A DNA stretch of 64,000 nt from Podarcis vaucheri (lineage: Eukaryota), in NCBI GenBank assembly GCA_965113315.1, contig OZ220366.1; one strand, 5' to 3'. The position numbers and the translations under genes are program-made. Below the pieces are notes generated by a model. The model saw nothing but the letters and a program-made list of their open reading frames with translations. It did no database searches and was not told the DNA's origin. The stretch's first letter is position 1; each line of letters begins with the position of its first letter. Of the stretch, positions 1 through 12,640 are shown piece by piece.

Positions 1-950
1 TCTGTCTATGTGGAAACTACAGGAAGCCTATAATAATAAACATCCAAGCATTCTCCAGTTAGTTCCTTACCCTAAAACAGAATTGTGCCATTCCGAATTT
101 CAAGCCTGCAGAGAAGACTGGGCCCAACAAAATCTACTGCTTTGGCCTACCAGCAAACCTCACAGTGGTTGTTTGAGGCTTGCCCAAAGGATGGTGCTCT
201 CCATCATTTCTGAGCAGGCCTCTCTCATAAAACGGCAAGAATGTGCTTTTCCTCAAGCCAAGTGGTAACTCCACAAGACCACAGAAAATCATGTTTCATC
301 TGTGAAACATGTACTGGTAGAAGGCATAGTCGTAAAAAAAATGTAGCTCCTATTTTATCATTCAGCATTCATTGTAGTGTTGCATACTTGTTGTGATGGC
401 AAATAAGACAACATATGGAGTGTATCCTTAATTCCCATGTCTTAGTAACTCCACAAGCAACCTTACAGTTCTATACATGTCTACCCAGAGGTAAGCCCCA
501 CTGGGTTGAATGGCACTTATGCTCATATAGGTACGTATAAGGTGGCATGTACATAAATTATTTGAAAGAGATGCATTTGGACACATAAAGGTAGGGCCTT
601 TACATCAGCTACTCCCAAATTGTGGTACGGTCCTCTCCACAGGTGCTCAGCTTTGCATCATTGCTAGTACCTTTATTTTATTTTATTTTTAAGGATTGCC
701 CTTGTTGAATAAAGTGCTCCTCACTCTGGACTACTATTCTTAATTCTGTGTTTGATTCACATTGTATTTTCAGCTATTATAAGCCACCTTGGCAAGGTGA
801 TCTAGAAACAGTTTTAAGTAAAATTATATATGTACTTTAAAATGCTAGGTTTGGAGACACCCTCTATTGAATAGGAAATGCCTTCTTTGGAGGTATTGGT
901 TTAAGATTACAGTCCAATGCTTAAATTGTAAGTAGAGCAATAAAACTCAC

Positions 951-1089
951 CACAACTTGCAGCATCTGATCATTCTGGCCGGCAGGCGCTTCGCTTAGCA
1001 TCTGAGAGAGTGTCTGCATCAGTGTCTTCCCGAGGAGAATAACAGAACCAAACATAGCAGCTATGCCAAAAAACATCCCCGCACTAAAC
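951..1089 (-). CDS. MBTPS2: MBTPS2 (site-2 protease) coding exon 3; gene continues beyond the window start
   Basis: tttcag acceptor and GTG|gtgagt donor; 139 nt. Translates (W)[46 protein letters not shown], matching recalled S2P [24 protein letters not shown]...LQVV. Phase fits exon 2. Confidence 0.95.
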
Positions 1090-1813
1090 CTGAAATTAAG
1101 GCAGAAATGCTGTCATAATATAATCTCAGTAGTGGACTCCTAAACTGTGATGATGCTTTGTTGGAACTGCCCAAACACCAATGAGAGTACACTAGTAGGA
1201 ACTGAAGCCCTGCTTCCATTCTCAACATCAGATGCCAAGACCAATTTGGCAAGCCCAACCAGTACATTCATTATTTAGCCACAGGGGTGTAGAATCTTCT
1301 CAGCCCAAAGGTTGCATTTCCCTTCTGGGAACAACACATGTGAAATTTTACCTTTCTACACTAATCTAGTTTCTTCACACTCTCTAGCTTCCATCTAGAC
1401 AAGCAAAAAGCATTATCAGAGTACCAGAACACATTTCAGCCAAGCAAAAACACTCCAGGAAGATGTAAAGCAGAGATGGTGATGTAAAACACAGCTCAGA
1501 AAGGTGTGTGTCCCAAAGACCAGATAGAGGGACTTGGAGGAGCGCATTTGGACCCCGGGCCTGAGGTGTCCCATCCCATGCCTTATCACTCCTAAGTCTT
1601 CAATACCAGCAGCATGCATCTGCTGCATGTGATACAAGTCACATACACACATAAAAAGGCTATTCAAGTCTAAAACAAAAGGCTATTCTATTTAGCTATA
1701 AAATATTGTGTAAGCAATCAGTCTCAGAATGGTAACTGTTATTACTAGCAGGATACAAAAGAATTTCCAGTAATTGTCTCACTAAAGCCTGAATTATAGT
1801 TCTAAAACAATAC

Positions 1814-1962
1814 CATAGATAAAGAAGTCTGGGCTTCCATCTTCCCCAGTTGTAAAACAGGCGGTTGAAGAGCGCCGTCTGCCATCGCATGTGAAACGGA
1901 GAGATGGTTAGACCATAGTATGTGAGCCGGTCTTCGTAAGATGTCTTCAGGGAGGAAGATGA
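1814..1962 (-). CDS. MBTPS2: MBTPS2 coding exon 2
   Basis: ttacag acceptor and TG|gtattg donor; 149 nt. [49 protein letters not shown](W) matches S2P [24 protein letters not shown]. Confidence 0.95.
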
Positions 1963-2489
1963 CTGTAACAGAAGGAAAAAAACAGTGAGACATAGAAGGT
2001 ATTTCACAGGAGTATTTCAGGGATCTCTATTGCAGCCTTCACATTTTTTTGTGTGCTGATTTGTCCCCCCGCTGTCCATGTTGCATTTCTTAGCTCTGTT
2101 TGTACTCTCCCACTCCAAGGATGGGCTGTTCTTTAGGTCAGGTAAAAACAAACAACAGTTACAGCTGTATACCCTTAGAGCTCATGGACAGACGCAGCTG
2201 TACAATTTTACACATCATTAGCTTTAGTCTAACATACGTTGAACCTAAGCCAATGCGGCGTTGTGGGGAGTCAGACACACATATAAATATGGTGTCACAC
2301 ACCCCATCTATGAAACTCACTTCCAAAATTAAAGTTAAAAACATAACTTTTCAAAAAGACGACAAGGCACACTTCTTAAAAGATAGAAAAATCAATAACT
2401 GCTAGAGTCCAAGAGTGAACAGCAAATCACAGAAACATTTACTAGAATGTGCTACTAGTATCACTTATTTTATTTATCTATTACATATA

Positions 2490-2666
2490 TGTATCACCTT
2501 TTCTTTCAAGGAGTTCATCTTCACAACAACCCTGCGCAGTAAATTAGGCTGAGAGCTTAGTGACTGCCTAAGGTCACCCAGTAAGCTTCATGGCTGGGTG
2601 GGGATTTGAACCGCGGTCTCCCAGGTCATAGTCCGGCACACTAACCGTTATACCACACTGGCTCTC
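2490..2666 (-). mobile_element. tRNA-derived SINE (Squam3/CORE-like)
   Basis: Reverse strand reads gagagccagtgtggtataacggttagtg...ggttcaaatcccc...cagcctaa...gggttgttgtgaagatg, with A/B boxes. Similar copies occur at 23108, 24105 and 39207. Confidence 0.8.
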
Positions 2667-3199
2667 ATACAGTGTGTATACATCCTATGCAGACATGGAA
2701 TACAACATCCGTCTCCCTCTACCTACACACCTAAATCCTCAACATGCATAGGAATCTATGTGGTCTGTACATTACAAACAAAACAAAATCCAGTGTATAT
2801 AGACTATGGATAGGCCCCTGTGCAGCTCTGCTTCCTGTGCACAATGGGTGTAAACCATAGCTGTCAACGTTTCCCTTTTTTAAAGGGAAATTCCCTTATT
2901 CCGAATAGAATTCTTCGCAAGAAAAGGGAAAAGTTGACAGCTATGGCAGAAACAGGGAGCTTTGGATACAGGCTCCCGACTCCGTGTGAAGAGAGGCATG
3001 GTGGGTAAAAATGCAAAACCATGGTGGACCGGGACTTCATCTGTAGGAAAAGGAGCGTATCCCAAGACTTAAACAATCAGTCTTATTTCTCTTGTGCCTC
3101 TATAAGCTGCACGACAGGCAAGCATTGAACAGGGAAGGCACTGGACAGCTGCACCTGCTGAATTTCTGCCTGGCCTTCTTGCAGCAGTTAAGGGCTCTG

Positions 3200-3800
3200 T
3201 CGCGGGAGAAATTGGAAGAATCACTCCTATATCCGTACATCGCCTTTCATTTCAGCAACTCCCGCATTACACGCCCCCTAGTGACGGAGCGTGTGCACGG
3301 AGGCATTCGAGTGTGTGCGTGCAAAATCTAGACTTTAGATTATGGGAAGGAAGGAGTATTGCAATCGTTCGGGATGCCACTATAGTCCTATATTTGCACC
3401 ATCCATAGAGTTTCCTCTTTCTCTAGCCTTAAGCAAGTTAAGTATCGTTCTACAATTCCCATAAAAATTCCTTCTCTAGCAACCGAGGCTGGGAAAGCGC
3501 CCCTCTCACCTTCAATGCGGTGTCGGCCAGGTATACGGCACACCAGCCCCCCAGCACGCAAACCACCACGGGCATCGGGATCATGTCAGCAGCAGAAACG
3601 ACACGAAACCAGCAAAACGAGCCAAGCAAAAAAATTAATCCCTTTACACTCCGGAACAAAGCGTCACACGGAACCACCGCGCACCAAGCACATTTCTTGA
3701 GCAGGAGGCTTCCGGATGCAGCACCCGGAAAACACGTGCCGCGTGCTGAGCTTCACATTCCCCTCCAAAGCACCGTCTATCAACACTTCGGGTTCCCATT
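3200..3800 (-). promoter_or_regulatory. CpG-rich MBTPS2 promoter / 5' UTR region
   Basis: High CpG density around exon 1; ETS-like CTTCCGG near 3710, E-box CACGTG near 3733, ZNF143-type TCTACAATTCCCA at 3449-3461. Confidence 0.7.
3510..3584 (-). CDS. MBTPS2: MBTPS2 coding exon 1 (ATG at 3584)
   Basis: MIPMPVVVCVLGGWCAVYLADTALK then AAG|gtgaga; resembles human [25 protein letters not shown]. Lies in CpG-rich DNA. Confidence 0.95.
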
Positions 3801-4399
3801 TGCAAGTGGTGGAATTCTCCCTGTGCGAGGGAAGCATAACTAATATACAGTACTGTATATAAAACTAAAAGCAAACTTCCTTCGGATGCAGCACTTTGCG
3901 ATAATGGCGCTCTCCTTAAAAAAAAAAAAAGCCAACAAAATCTATATAAAGGTTGCTTGTTCTGCTCTTTTCTTTGCCCTGTTGATAGTCCCCGGTGAGG
4001 CTCTTGACTTTAAAAGCCGCGTGACGAAAGTAAAATAACAAAGACAAAGGAACAAATCGTCGCCTTTTTGTTGCCCCTACCCCAGGATATTACAAGCTAT
4101 GCCTAGTTCTATACTGGAGAGTGGATTTAAGGAGTTTGCATGCTTTCAGGGTGGTGTCACAGGCAGAAATGCAGCAGGAATAACCGCTCCGTTGTCAAAA
4201 TATAGTGGCAAGGCTAAACCTGATAAATTTCTATCTGCTGGGCATTTAATCATCATCATCATCCCCCTCAATCTGTGATGTCAAATGAGCAAAAAGGGGT
4301 TTTGTTAGGAGATGATTAGCTAAATATTTAAAATCTACAGGTCTAAGGCACATCAATTATTAAAAGGGGGAGCATTTGCCATCTTTAGATCGGCTGATT

Positions 4400-5090
4400 T
4401 TTATTTTTGCCTGCCGGGACTCGTCGTGGGGCATTTTAAAAGCACAGCAGCTGTCAGACAAAGACACAAAAAAACAGTCACTGACTCCTAGCGTCTTTTC
4501 TGTTTCTTTAAGATTGGACTCCACGAACCCGAAGTGCAGGTTCCAAACTAACATTTTACCGGGCTGCTGCGCCGGAAACAAAGGGAAACGGCGCCCTCTT
4601 GCTCGAGGGCGTGCGCGTGCCTGGATCATGTTGCGGGTTGAGAAATGAATTTGCAGAGGGAGCAAAAGGGAATTAATTATCCATCTGATTTACAACAAAA
4701 GAAAGTGACGTTGCTTATTATTATTCTTTCAAGGAAGCAGTTCTTTCAAATTTAGCGCTTCCTAGGAATGCCGGAGGTGCTGAGCTCTTCTGAACACGTT
4801 CATTTTTAAAGTACAGTAACTTGCCCACGTCAATCAAAAGCAAGGAATCCAATAAAGCACCTTCTTTCGCGTCCGCCCACCGTTGAACCTGATTTGGCTA
4901 GAGGCGGAGCAGCCCGGTTCATTTTCCTGCGCGCTGACTGGCACAGTGCCGGGCCAATCAACAGCTACCCCGATTGAGGTTTCCAATGGATCATGGGAAT
5001 CGTAGTTTTGTGACGGTGTCGACAATGTGGGCGTAGGCTAGGGCCTTGTGCTTGGAACTATATTTCCCAAGAGAAGCCCTGGCGCTCTAG
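4400..5090. promoter_or_regulatory. Second CpG-rich promoter-like region
   Basis: GC boxes (CCGCCC, GGCGGA), CCAAT at 4954 and 4983, and two opposed ZNF143/THAP11-type motifs: ACTACGATTCCCA (- strand, 4994-5006) and ACTATATTTCCCA (+ strand, 5057-5069). Confidence 0.65.
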
Positions 5091-6244
5091 CATATGAGGC
5101 TCGGGATTGCTACCCATATGCAACATAACGTTAAAGCATGTTTAGTTGAGATAAAGGCCTGCTTTGAACCAACCTGGTGCAGTGGCTGGGCTGGGACAAG
5201 AATTCCTTGCTCAAATGCCTACTCAGTCATGAAACTTACTGTGCCGCCTCCAGCCTCATAGGCTTGTTAAATAAACTGATAATGCTGTGCTGCGTGAAGG
5301 TGCTCCCTGTGTTTAGGATTTCAGCCTTGCAGCGCTGCTCTCTGCATATTTACTCAGGAGCAAGAGTATATGGGACTTGCTTCCAGGTAAATGGGCACAG
5401 GTTTGCAGCTTCAGCCTTCTGTTTATAAACTACATTCCAGCACGTCACATGCACGTTACCTACCTTATCCTCCCAATAGTGGATTTATGGTCCGTGGGGT
5501 GCTGCGCACAGCTCTTTGGTGTGCCCCTGTTCCTTCACCTAATTAAACAAGATTTTGTCAAAATGAGATGATGTTGACCCTGTTTCTGCCTTTGTACTGT
5601 GCTCCCCTCACCTCCCCAAACAATCTGGGATCTATCCCTGCCATGGGCCAGACAGGAAGAAAGGGTGGTATCATAATGCCTCTGAAATGAGTGCTTCCCA
5701 CCTCCCCCCCCTCAAAAAAAAACCCCTACAATTGGATTAATCGGGAAAAAGCCTTACTGCTTCCTGCATCCTCACATCTTCCAAAAATCCAGAGAGATTG
5801 CAACTATCCTACTTTTTCCTCTCCTCTCTAATATTGACCCACAGCAGCTGCCCAGGGAAACCCTTCCTTCAGCAATTAAGGGGAGCAGTTAGCATCATAG
5901 CCAGCTGGAGTTGAAAGTGGATGGGGCCTTTCAACTCCACAAGTGCTCTGTGTTGCAGAGTTAGAAGAAACATTATTATAGGCCCTCTGCCTCTGTCAGG
6001 TTGATGACCCACATTTAGGAGGTTGCCTGCACATTATGCTTCATAACTTTCTGTCTAGAAGAGCAAAAGACTTACTTTAAAAAAGCGGGGGGGGGGGGGG
6101 ACTCAGTGCCTTTTGGCTCTGCTGGCATGGGCCCTGGTACAATCTCTCCAATTTCACCATTATAAATGTGGCCTTCTTAGGACCCCAGGAATTCCCATTG
6201 CCTGGTGACCAAACAACTCACTTTTGATTCACAGCTGTGACTTC

Positions 6245-6593
6245 TGTTGTGTATTGAGTCAAAGGATTTTATATCTGTATTATTATTGTCTGTATTTGCA
6301 TTAGGGTAAAGTAACAGCCTTTTGGTTCCAGAGGGTACAGCTACTATTGGTTCATTTAAGCTGCTGTATTTGGATCCTCTGTCTTATTGGTTCCCTCCAA
6401 AAGGCAGGACTGTGATTGCCTGATATTGTTCCCTCCAAAATGTATCCTTTCTTGCTAGTTCCCTGTCCCTATAAATGTAGCTTTCCTCTCCCCAGTCTTC
6501 AGTCTTGTTGCTTTAATAAAGAAGTGTTACTAGAGAACTGTCTCCAGCATGTTATATCAAGAGAGCTGAAATCACAAACCCCATGTCACAACA
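6245..6593 (+). mobile_element. Solo LTR (349 bp)
   Basis: Termini TGTTGTG...CACAACA; perfect 5-bp TSD ACTTC (6240-6244 / 6594-6598); TATAAA at 6470 and AATAAA at 6515. Confidence 0.9.
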
Positions 6594-7018
6594 ACTTCAC
6601 TGATAGACTAAAAACAAACAAAAAAAAACCTGACTTGCAGGAGCAGTCAGGCTGACTCGTTTAACGGAAATGACTTAAAAGGGTACCTGTACATTATACT
6701 TCATAACTTTCTTTCCAGAAGAAACTTTTTTTCTATTGAAAGCTCACTCTTCCACCCCTCTTCAGGGCCACCATTGAAGGTCTTCACAGGAATCCTTTTG
6801 GAAACCTCTGCCCTAATGGACCTAGGTCCATTGACTTTAATCAGGGAGTAGAAGAAATGAAGAGTAGAAACAAAGCAACAAACTAAAATACTAGGATTCA
6901 GCTATGGCAGCTCATTATTTTCATGTTTCATATGTATCCTTACAGCTAACAATGTGTACTAATAATTTGTGGGGGTCCTCAGTAACACAGGGGCCTAACT
7001 GTACACAGACTGCATATA

Positions 7019-7244
7019 CAGTGGTACCTCAGGTTACATACACTTCAGGTTACAGACTCTGCTAACCCAGAAATAGTACCTCAGGTTAAGAACTTTGCTT
7101 CAGGATGAGAACAGAAATCGTGCTCCGGCGGCATGGCAGCAGCAGGAGGCCCCATTAGCTAAAGTGGTGCTTCAGGTTAAGAACAGTTTCAGGTTAAGAA
7201 CGCACCTCTGGAACAAATTAAGTACTTAACCCGAGGTATCACTG
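7019..7244. mobile_element. Tc1/mariner (Tigger/pogo-like) MITE
   Basis: TIRs CAGTGGTACCTCAGGTTA / TAACCCGAGGTATCACTG, TA TSD on both sides, internal CAGGTTA repeats. Confidence 0.9.
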
Positions 7245-7676
7245 TACCTGTAAATCTGGCACTGATATCTCCTGTTTTCTGCAGAGCCTGAGATGAAGAT
7301 TTGCCCTCCCAGAAACACATTGCCATATTTTCATTTGCAAAGTGGTATCTTAAATCCTATAAAAGGTGGGTTTCTTAAGAACCAACTTTTGCTTTTTTAA
7401 AAATTGACATAACCAGAGTGTATCAAAACATATGCTGAATGCTGAGACAGGCTCAGAGGTGAGAGGGGGGGTAGGGGAGATAAAAATAAATGTCAAGTTA
7501 CACAATTTAGGCTGTAATCCCACACCTGACTAAAATTTCTTAGAGACTGAAGTAAAAATTGTTCGGAATCACAAAACTGAAGTTAGTGAGGTGTATGCAC
7601 TGTGAAAATAGGCTTTGAAAGAAGATAATTTTTATTAAAAATATATGGAGTTCAATATCCATACCATGGATATTAC

Positions 7677-7813
7677 CAGTGCTTTTTTAGAAAAAGGAAG
7701 GAAGGTGTGGTACTCACCATGAAGTTGTTACAGTAAGTGCCACACTTTTAACATGGGGGGGGGGGGTGTGACAGTACTGCGTACCCTTGAGTACCCCCAG
7801 AAAAGAAACACTG
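7677..7813. mobile_element. hAT-type MITE
   Basis: CAGTGCTTTTTT...AAAGAAACACTG termini; 8-bp TSD GATATTAC/GATATTAA. Confidence 0.8.
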
Positions 7814-9149
7814 GATATTAACCGCACATAATATTTCTTTGTCTGTATATTAAAATGTGATGATGATGATGATGATGATATAGAGTTTATTGTAATAAAA
7901 GTTCACAAAAGTGTCACAAGACAAACTTGTAGTTGTGTTATGTAACAACAGACCAAGACGAAGTGCTTTGTTTGTTCACCAGAGTTAGTATGGACACAAC
8001 AAACAACGACTGATGTTGCATCTGTTGACCTTTTCAATCAACTGCTAAAATTTATATAACACCGTGATTGCCTTGATTGATAGACCAGAATTTTGTGTCC
8101 TGCAGCAGGAACATTTGAGAGATTAGATGGATGAAGAGGACAGCTATTTCCTGTTTATCTCCCAGCATTTGGTACTCAGTGACGCACCGCCTGTAAACAC
8201 ATAGATTCCTTTCCACTACTGTAGTTAATATCTATTGATACACATCTTCTCTGTGAGTTTGACAAATCCTTTATATATGTAGCATAGGCAGAACAGAACC
8301 ACAAGAACTCATATGCTGCTTCTTTACCTTACAACAGTCAGTCCACATTCCTTTAACTTCTCTACCATCCACAGACCTAAGACTCAAATACCTTCAAAGC
8401 TTCAAGATCTCCAGAGAGTATGGGGTCTTTAAACAGAAAGGATGAGGATGATAAATGTTACTGACTAGAGGTCTACCTGCAATTGTTTGCTGTGCTCTGT
8501 TTTATACACTTTTGTTGAAGTATTACATTTTGGATTCACCCCATTGTCTACACTCTAAGCATTAGAAAATATTGTAATATCAATCCAGCCGCCATGGCCT
8601 CAGCTCATCAATTAGGAGCAAGCTCTATGTGCTGTTCCAGTGGCATTCTGCCAAGAACAATGTTCTCAGCTTGGAAGTCACCTCAGAAAGAGGGTGACTG
8701 GAACATTTTGCAACAACTGTACCCTGTAAGTAAATAAAATTTCAGATGTGCAGCTAGACCTGGTTCTTTGGACTTCTGGAATATCACTGCTCAAGGTTAC
8801 CAAAGGATATGTTTCTTTTTTCCCATTTCTCTTTTTAGTAATTTAATAAATGTATTTGTTTTGTTACATCTCTGTGCGAGTGGGGAAACATTTACCAAGA
8901 CAAATAAACTGGGGGCCCAAGTTTCTTAGACTGAGGCTTGAATCAGTAGACAAAACACAAAAATGGTAATCACTGAACATTTGGACTCATCCCTTAGTGC
9001 AACAGAACAGTTATACTAGCAAGCAGCTATTTTGAAATATCACTGAAAATGCCCCTGCATAACTGGCCTCTAACTTTGTGGTCACCAAATCACATTTGAG
9101 TAGCTTGAGGACAACTTTGTGTGAAAACCCAAAGGAAGTGTTTCTTGCT

Positions 9150-9460
9150 CTTTCTTGCTCTCTGCCTTAAATAGTTTGGGAACTTATGCTACTCTTTAGG
9201 TCCTACCAACAGCAAAATATGTTTGTTTTTAAATAAAAACAATCCTAAATTCCACATTGAGAAAGTGAGAGCAAAATATGTCCTGACGGTGAGTTTGCTA
9301 ACTCTTTCCTGCTTGACACTTGAGCCCCGATTTTAGCCATGAGGGAATGAAGTTACAGGATGAATCCGACTCTATATTTAGGAAGAACAACTGTAAGCTA
9401 TGGCAGGAATTCTCTTTTACGCTTGGCTTCTAAACTCAGCACTGCTCCAGCCCTAGAAGT
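9150..9460 (+). promoter_or_regulatory. Probable SMPX muscle promoter
   Basis: Perfect MEF2 consensus CTATATTTAG at 9372-9381 and AT-rich CCTTAAATAG near 9165, just upstream of sequence resembling the recalled mammalian SMPX 5' UTR. Confidence 0.6.
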
Positions 9461-9602
9461 GCTCTTGGTAGTTGGTACACAGGCACAAAGGGCTTCATCT
9501 ATTCCAGCCACCTCTAAAGGATTCCAGGGAAGATCTCAGCTGATCGAAGAAGGTGCATCACTCAGCATCGAAAGGAGGTGTTTGCATCAACTCTCCTGAC
9601 AG
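9460..9602 (+). other. SMPX: Probable SMPX non-coding exon 1 (boundaries approximate)
   Basis: aggcacaaag...ctattccagccac...gaagatctcagct resembles recalled human 5' UTR AGGCACAGAGCTATTTCAGCCAC...GAGATCGCAGCT. Candidate donor CAG|gttgga is weak. Confidence 0.5.
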
Positions 9603-12601
9603 GTTGGAGTGTTTCTTATATAAATAACCGGGTACATAATAAAAGCTAATATGGGGAGGGGGTGCTGTTTGAAAAAGTGAAAGGTTGACTTGGGAAAACA
9701 CTTTCATATATTGCTAGGAGATGAATGAATGAACTGCCTTTTCTGTAAAGTTTAATCTCTGTAAACCAGATCACTATGCTTACACAGGCTGCTATTACAA
9801 GTGCTTTATAGTCCATTGGAAATTTAAGACAGTAAGAATGTTAATGCCACTTAGAATTATCTTAAGAATATCCCCTGTGTATATGCCAACATGGCCCCTA
9901 TGGAAATGTGCTTCATACAGTTAGAAAAAAGGCATGTTTTCCTCCACCGCTTCTTTATTGTTGTCTGCTTGAAATATTTTAATTTACCCGATGTTTGTTG
10001 ATGCTGTTGCAAGTACCAGCAAAGTAATAACAGCAAAGTGAGAACAGTTATAAGATCACTGTATGAGATCATAAGGATTTGATAAGAATTGTCACAAGGC
10101 AAGTAGTTACAATGCACTTGATGGGGTGAATCTGCATGGCGTGCAGTAAAGTTTCAGCATGGACTTTTCTTCTGCTTTCAGTACATGCTGGGCTCCCAGC
10201 GGTGTAATTTCTATCTAGGTCTTCAACACAGCAGAGCTTTCTGTTTATAACACTTGTGCCAGTTTCATGCATACAGCAGGGAGTCAAAGGATGACATTCC
10301 TAGTTCCTCTTCGAATGGATCTGGGGTAATGTTATGAAAGACGTAAATTATGGAAGTGCCTCAGGTAGATCAGCTCCTTTAAAGCAAACCGAAGAACTTG
10401 GTCGGTGCAAACAGCTGCGTGTCCTTTGGCACCCTCTCTCAGGACTTATTTTTAGATCAGGCAGAGAAGATCACCACTTCTTTGAGTTTTATTCCTTCCT
10501 ATCCCTTGCGCCTGTTCAGGAATCATAGGGACATTTGCAAAATGAAGTCAAGTGCTAAATAGTTCCAAAAAGAAACAACTGTGGCATTGCCTTCAACATG
10601 TGGTAGACTGATAAGGTAAGCCATGAACTAAATGTTTGAATGCCTGAAAGATTTAGTAGTATCCAGGTTTTCAGCTAAAAATTGTATTTAAATATTGGAT
10701 GTTTTAACACCAGCTAGCCGAATAGGAAAACATTGAGGAGCATAATTAGTTGAGTTTGATCACTCCCATTTTGTTGCATGGAAGTTAGGAGAGGGGTAGA
10801 GGAGGAAGACTGGCTGCATTGCTCCTTGGTACACAGCTGCCTCAGGCTCTGTGTCACAAGGACTTGCAGGAAGGGAGTTATGCTTGTTGCTACTGTAGCC
10901 ATACTGGGCCATGTTTCTTCCAGAGAGTTAGAGAAGAAGAAGAAACTATCCTGTGCCAGATCGTCTGGATTTATGGGGTCCATGAAGTAGTGCAAGCCTC
11001 AGTAAGGTGCAGAGGGAGATACTTCAGTTCCTTTCTACAGCAACTCCCTCTGTGCCCTATAATTTCTTGTACTGACAGCACAATCCTGTACATCAGGGGC
11101 AGGGAAACCATGACCCCCCCTCCCAGCTGCTGCTGGACTGCAACTCCCATCATCCCTATCAGCAGCGCTGGATGGATCTGGTGGGAGTAGACCAGCAACC
11201 AGTGGAGGACACCAGATTATCCTGTGTTAATGTCCCTGCTGCAGTACACCTCACGGACAGCTGTGGAGCTTACTCCCAGGTAAATGTGTTCCGCATATAG
11301 AATTGTAGCCTTCACGGCTCCAAATGGTGCCTGGAAGGTCTTGTGCAGGAACTACTTTTTCTTTCCTGATATTTCTGTATGGATGTTAGTGTAGGAGGAA
11401 GATAGTGCACACCCCTGCTCCCCTTGGTGGCTACCCTGGTGAAATATTGCATACTTGGCTGCGTTCCAGAAGTCCTGGTGCAACGTGAGGAATATCCGTG
11501 CAACATGACAACACTATCAGCTTGTAGGGTTGAGCTTTTTTTTTTTTTAGGAAGACCCACAAATTGTTGAGCTTTCTTAAAACAAACTCCAGAGTTGTTG
11601 AACTTGTGGCAGCATTGGCTCCTGTACATGCGTAGTCAAATATAAAGTTGCTGCAGCCTACCGTTATATTTTTGTTCCTGGATGTCTAATAGCCAGCAGT
11701 TGTACCAAAGGGGAAGGGGGAAGAGAGAACGTAGCCCAATAAGGTTGTCTATTTTTACTCTTCAGCATTCTGTTGTCCTGATTTCTCTGGCAATAATGAG
11801 GTCAGCAGAAACAGGCAGGGAAGAAAGATTGTCTCTGCCAGAAGTTCTCCACAACTCCATGAGGCACCTCTATAGGGGCTTTGCTCTGCCTTCACATTAT
11901 TTTTGTTACTTTATGTTCATCCCGAAGTTAATATTCCATTTAAGAGCTTTACAAGCTTAAAGAACTGCTCCTGGGAAGCCACATGTAGGCAGTGCCATGT
12001 TTAGACAGAGAAGACAAACTGCAGTTTTAAATAGTCATTCATCTTTCCTCTCTCAACAGCCCATATTAACAGGCCTTCAAGTAGTTTGTTTATCAGTTTC
12101 AGGCTGCAGTTGCCTTTAACTTTTGAGAAGATGCATTACCTTCGTTTTAAAGTTAAAGGAATTTATAATGCCTTTGCAAGTTTTATATGGGGCAAATTAA
12201 TTTTTTATCAACAAAAGCCAGGTTTTCAATATAAGCAATTCCTGATTGTGTAATTTGAAGCGAACATATTAATAAGTAGCTCTCCCATGAATATGTGCCG
12301 TTTGATGGAAAAGCTAACTTCTCATTTACTATTGTGATGGGAAAGCGATCTTACTCTTTCTGCCCATGAAAAATTAACAAGGGAAGCTCAGGTGTTCTCA
12401 CTCCTTTGCAGCATTCTATGGTTGTTTCTAAGTAACTCTGAAACTAAGCCCGAAAGACAATCTGGACTGATGAATGAATACCTATCAAGAAGAAACATGG
12501 GCTAAATTGTAGTTTATCAAGCCATTGTTGCTCGTAAAAAAAAATTGTTTTGTTAGTAATTATACTTATTTTGCTTTCAGGGATAAATCTCTTCCTTTAA
12601 A

Positions 12602-12640
12602 ATGTCAAAACAGCCAGCTTCGAATGTTAGAAGCATTCAG
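12602..12640 (+). CDS. SMPX: SMPX first coding exon (exon starts 12581, ATG at 12602)
   Basis: ttgctttcag acceptor; MSKQPASNVRSIQ; CAG|gtaaga donor. Matches the SMPX/Chisel N-terminus. Confidence 0.95.

Noticed and set aside
3585-3677. In-frame extension upstream of the MBTPS2 ATG
   Set aside because: GTG start with no similarity to S2P; treated as 5' UTR.
3843-3860. Perfect 18-bp palindrome ATATACAGTACTGTATAT, resembling a TA-CAGT/ACTG-TA transposon remnant
   Set aside because: Too short and AT-rich to distinguish from chance without an ortholog.
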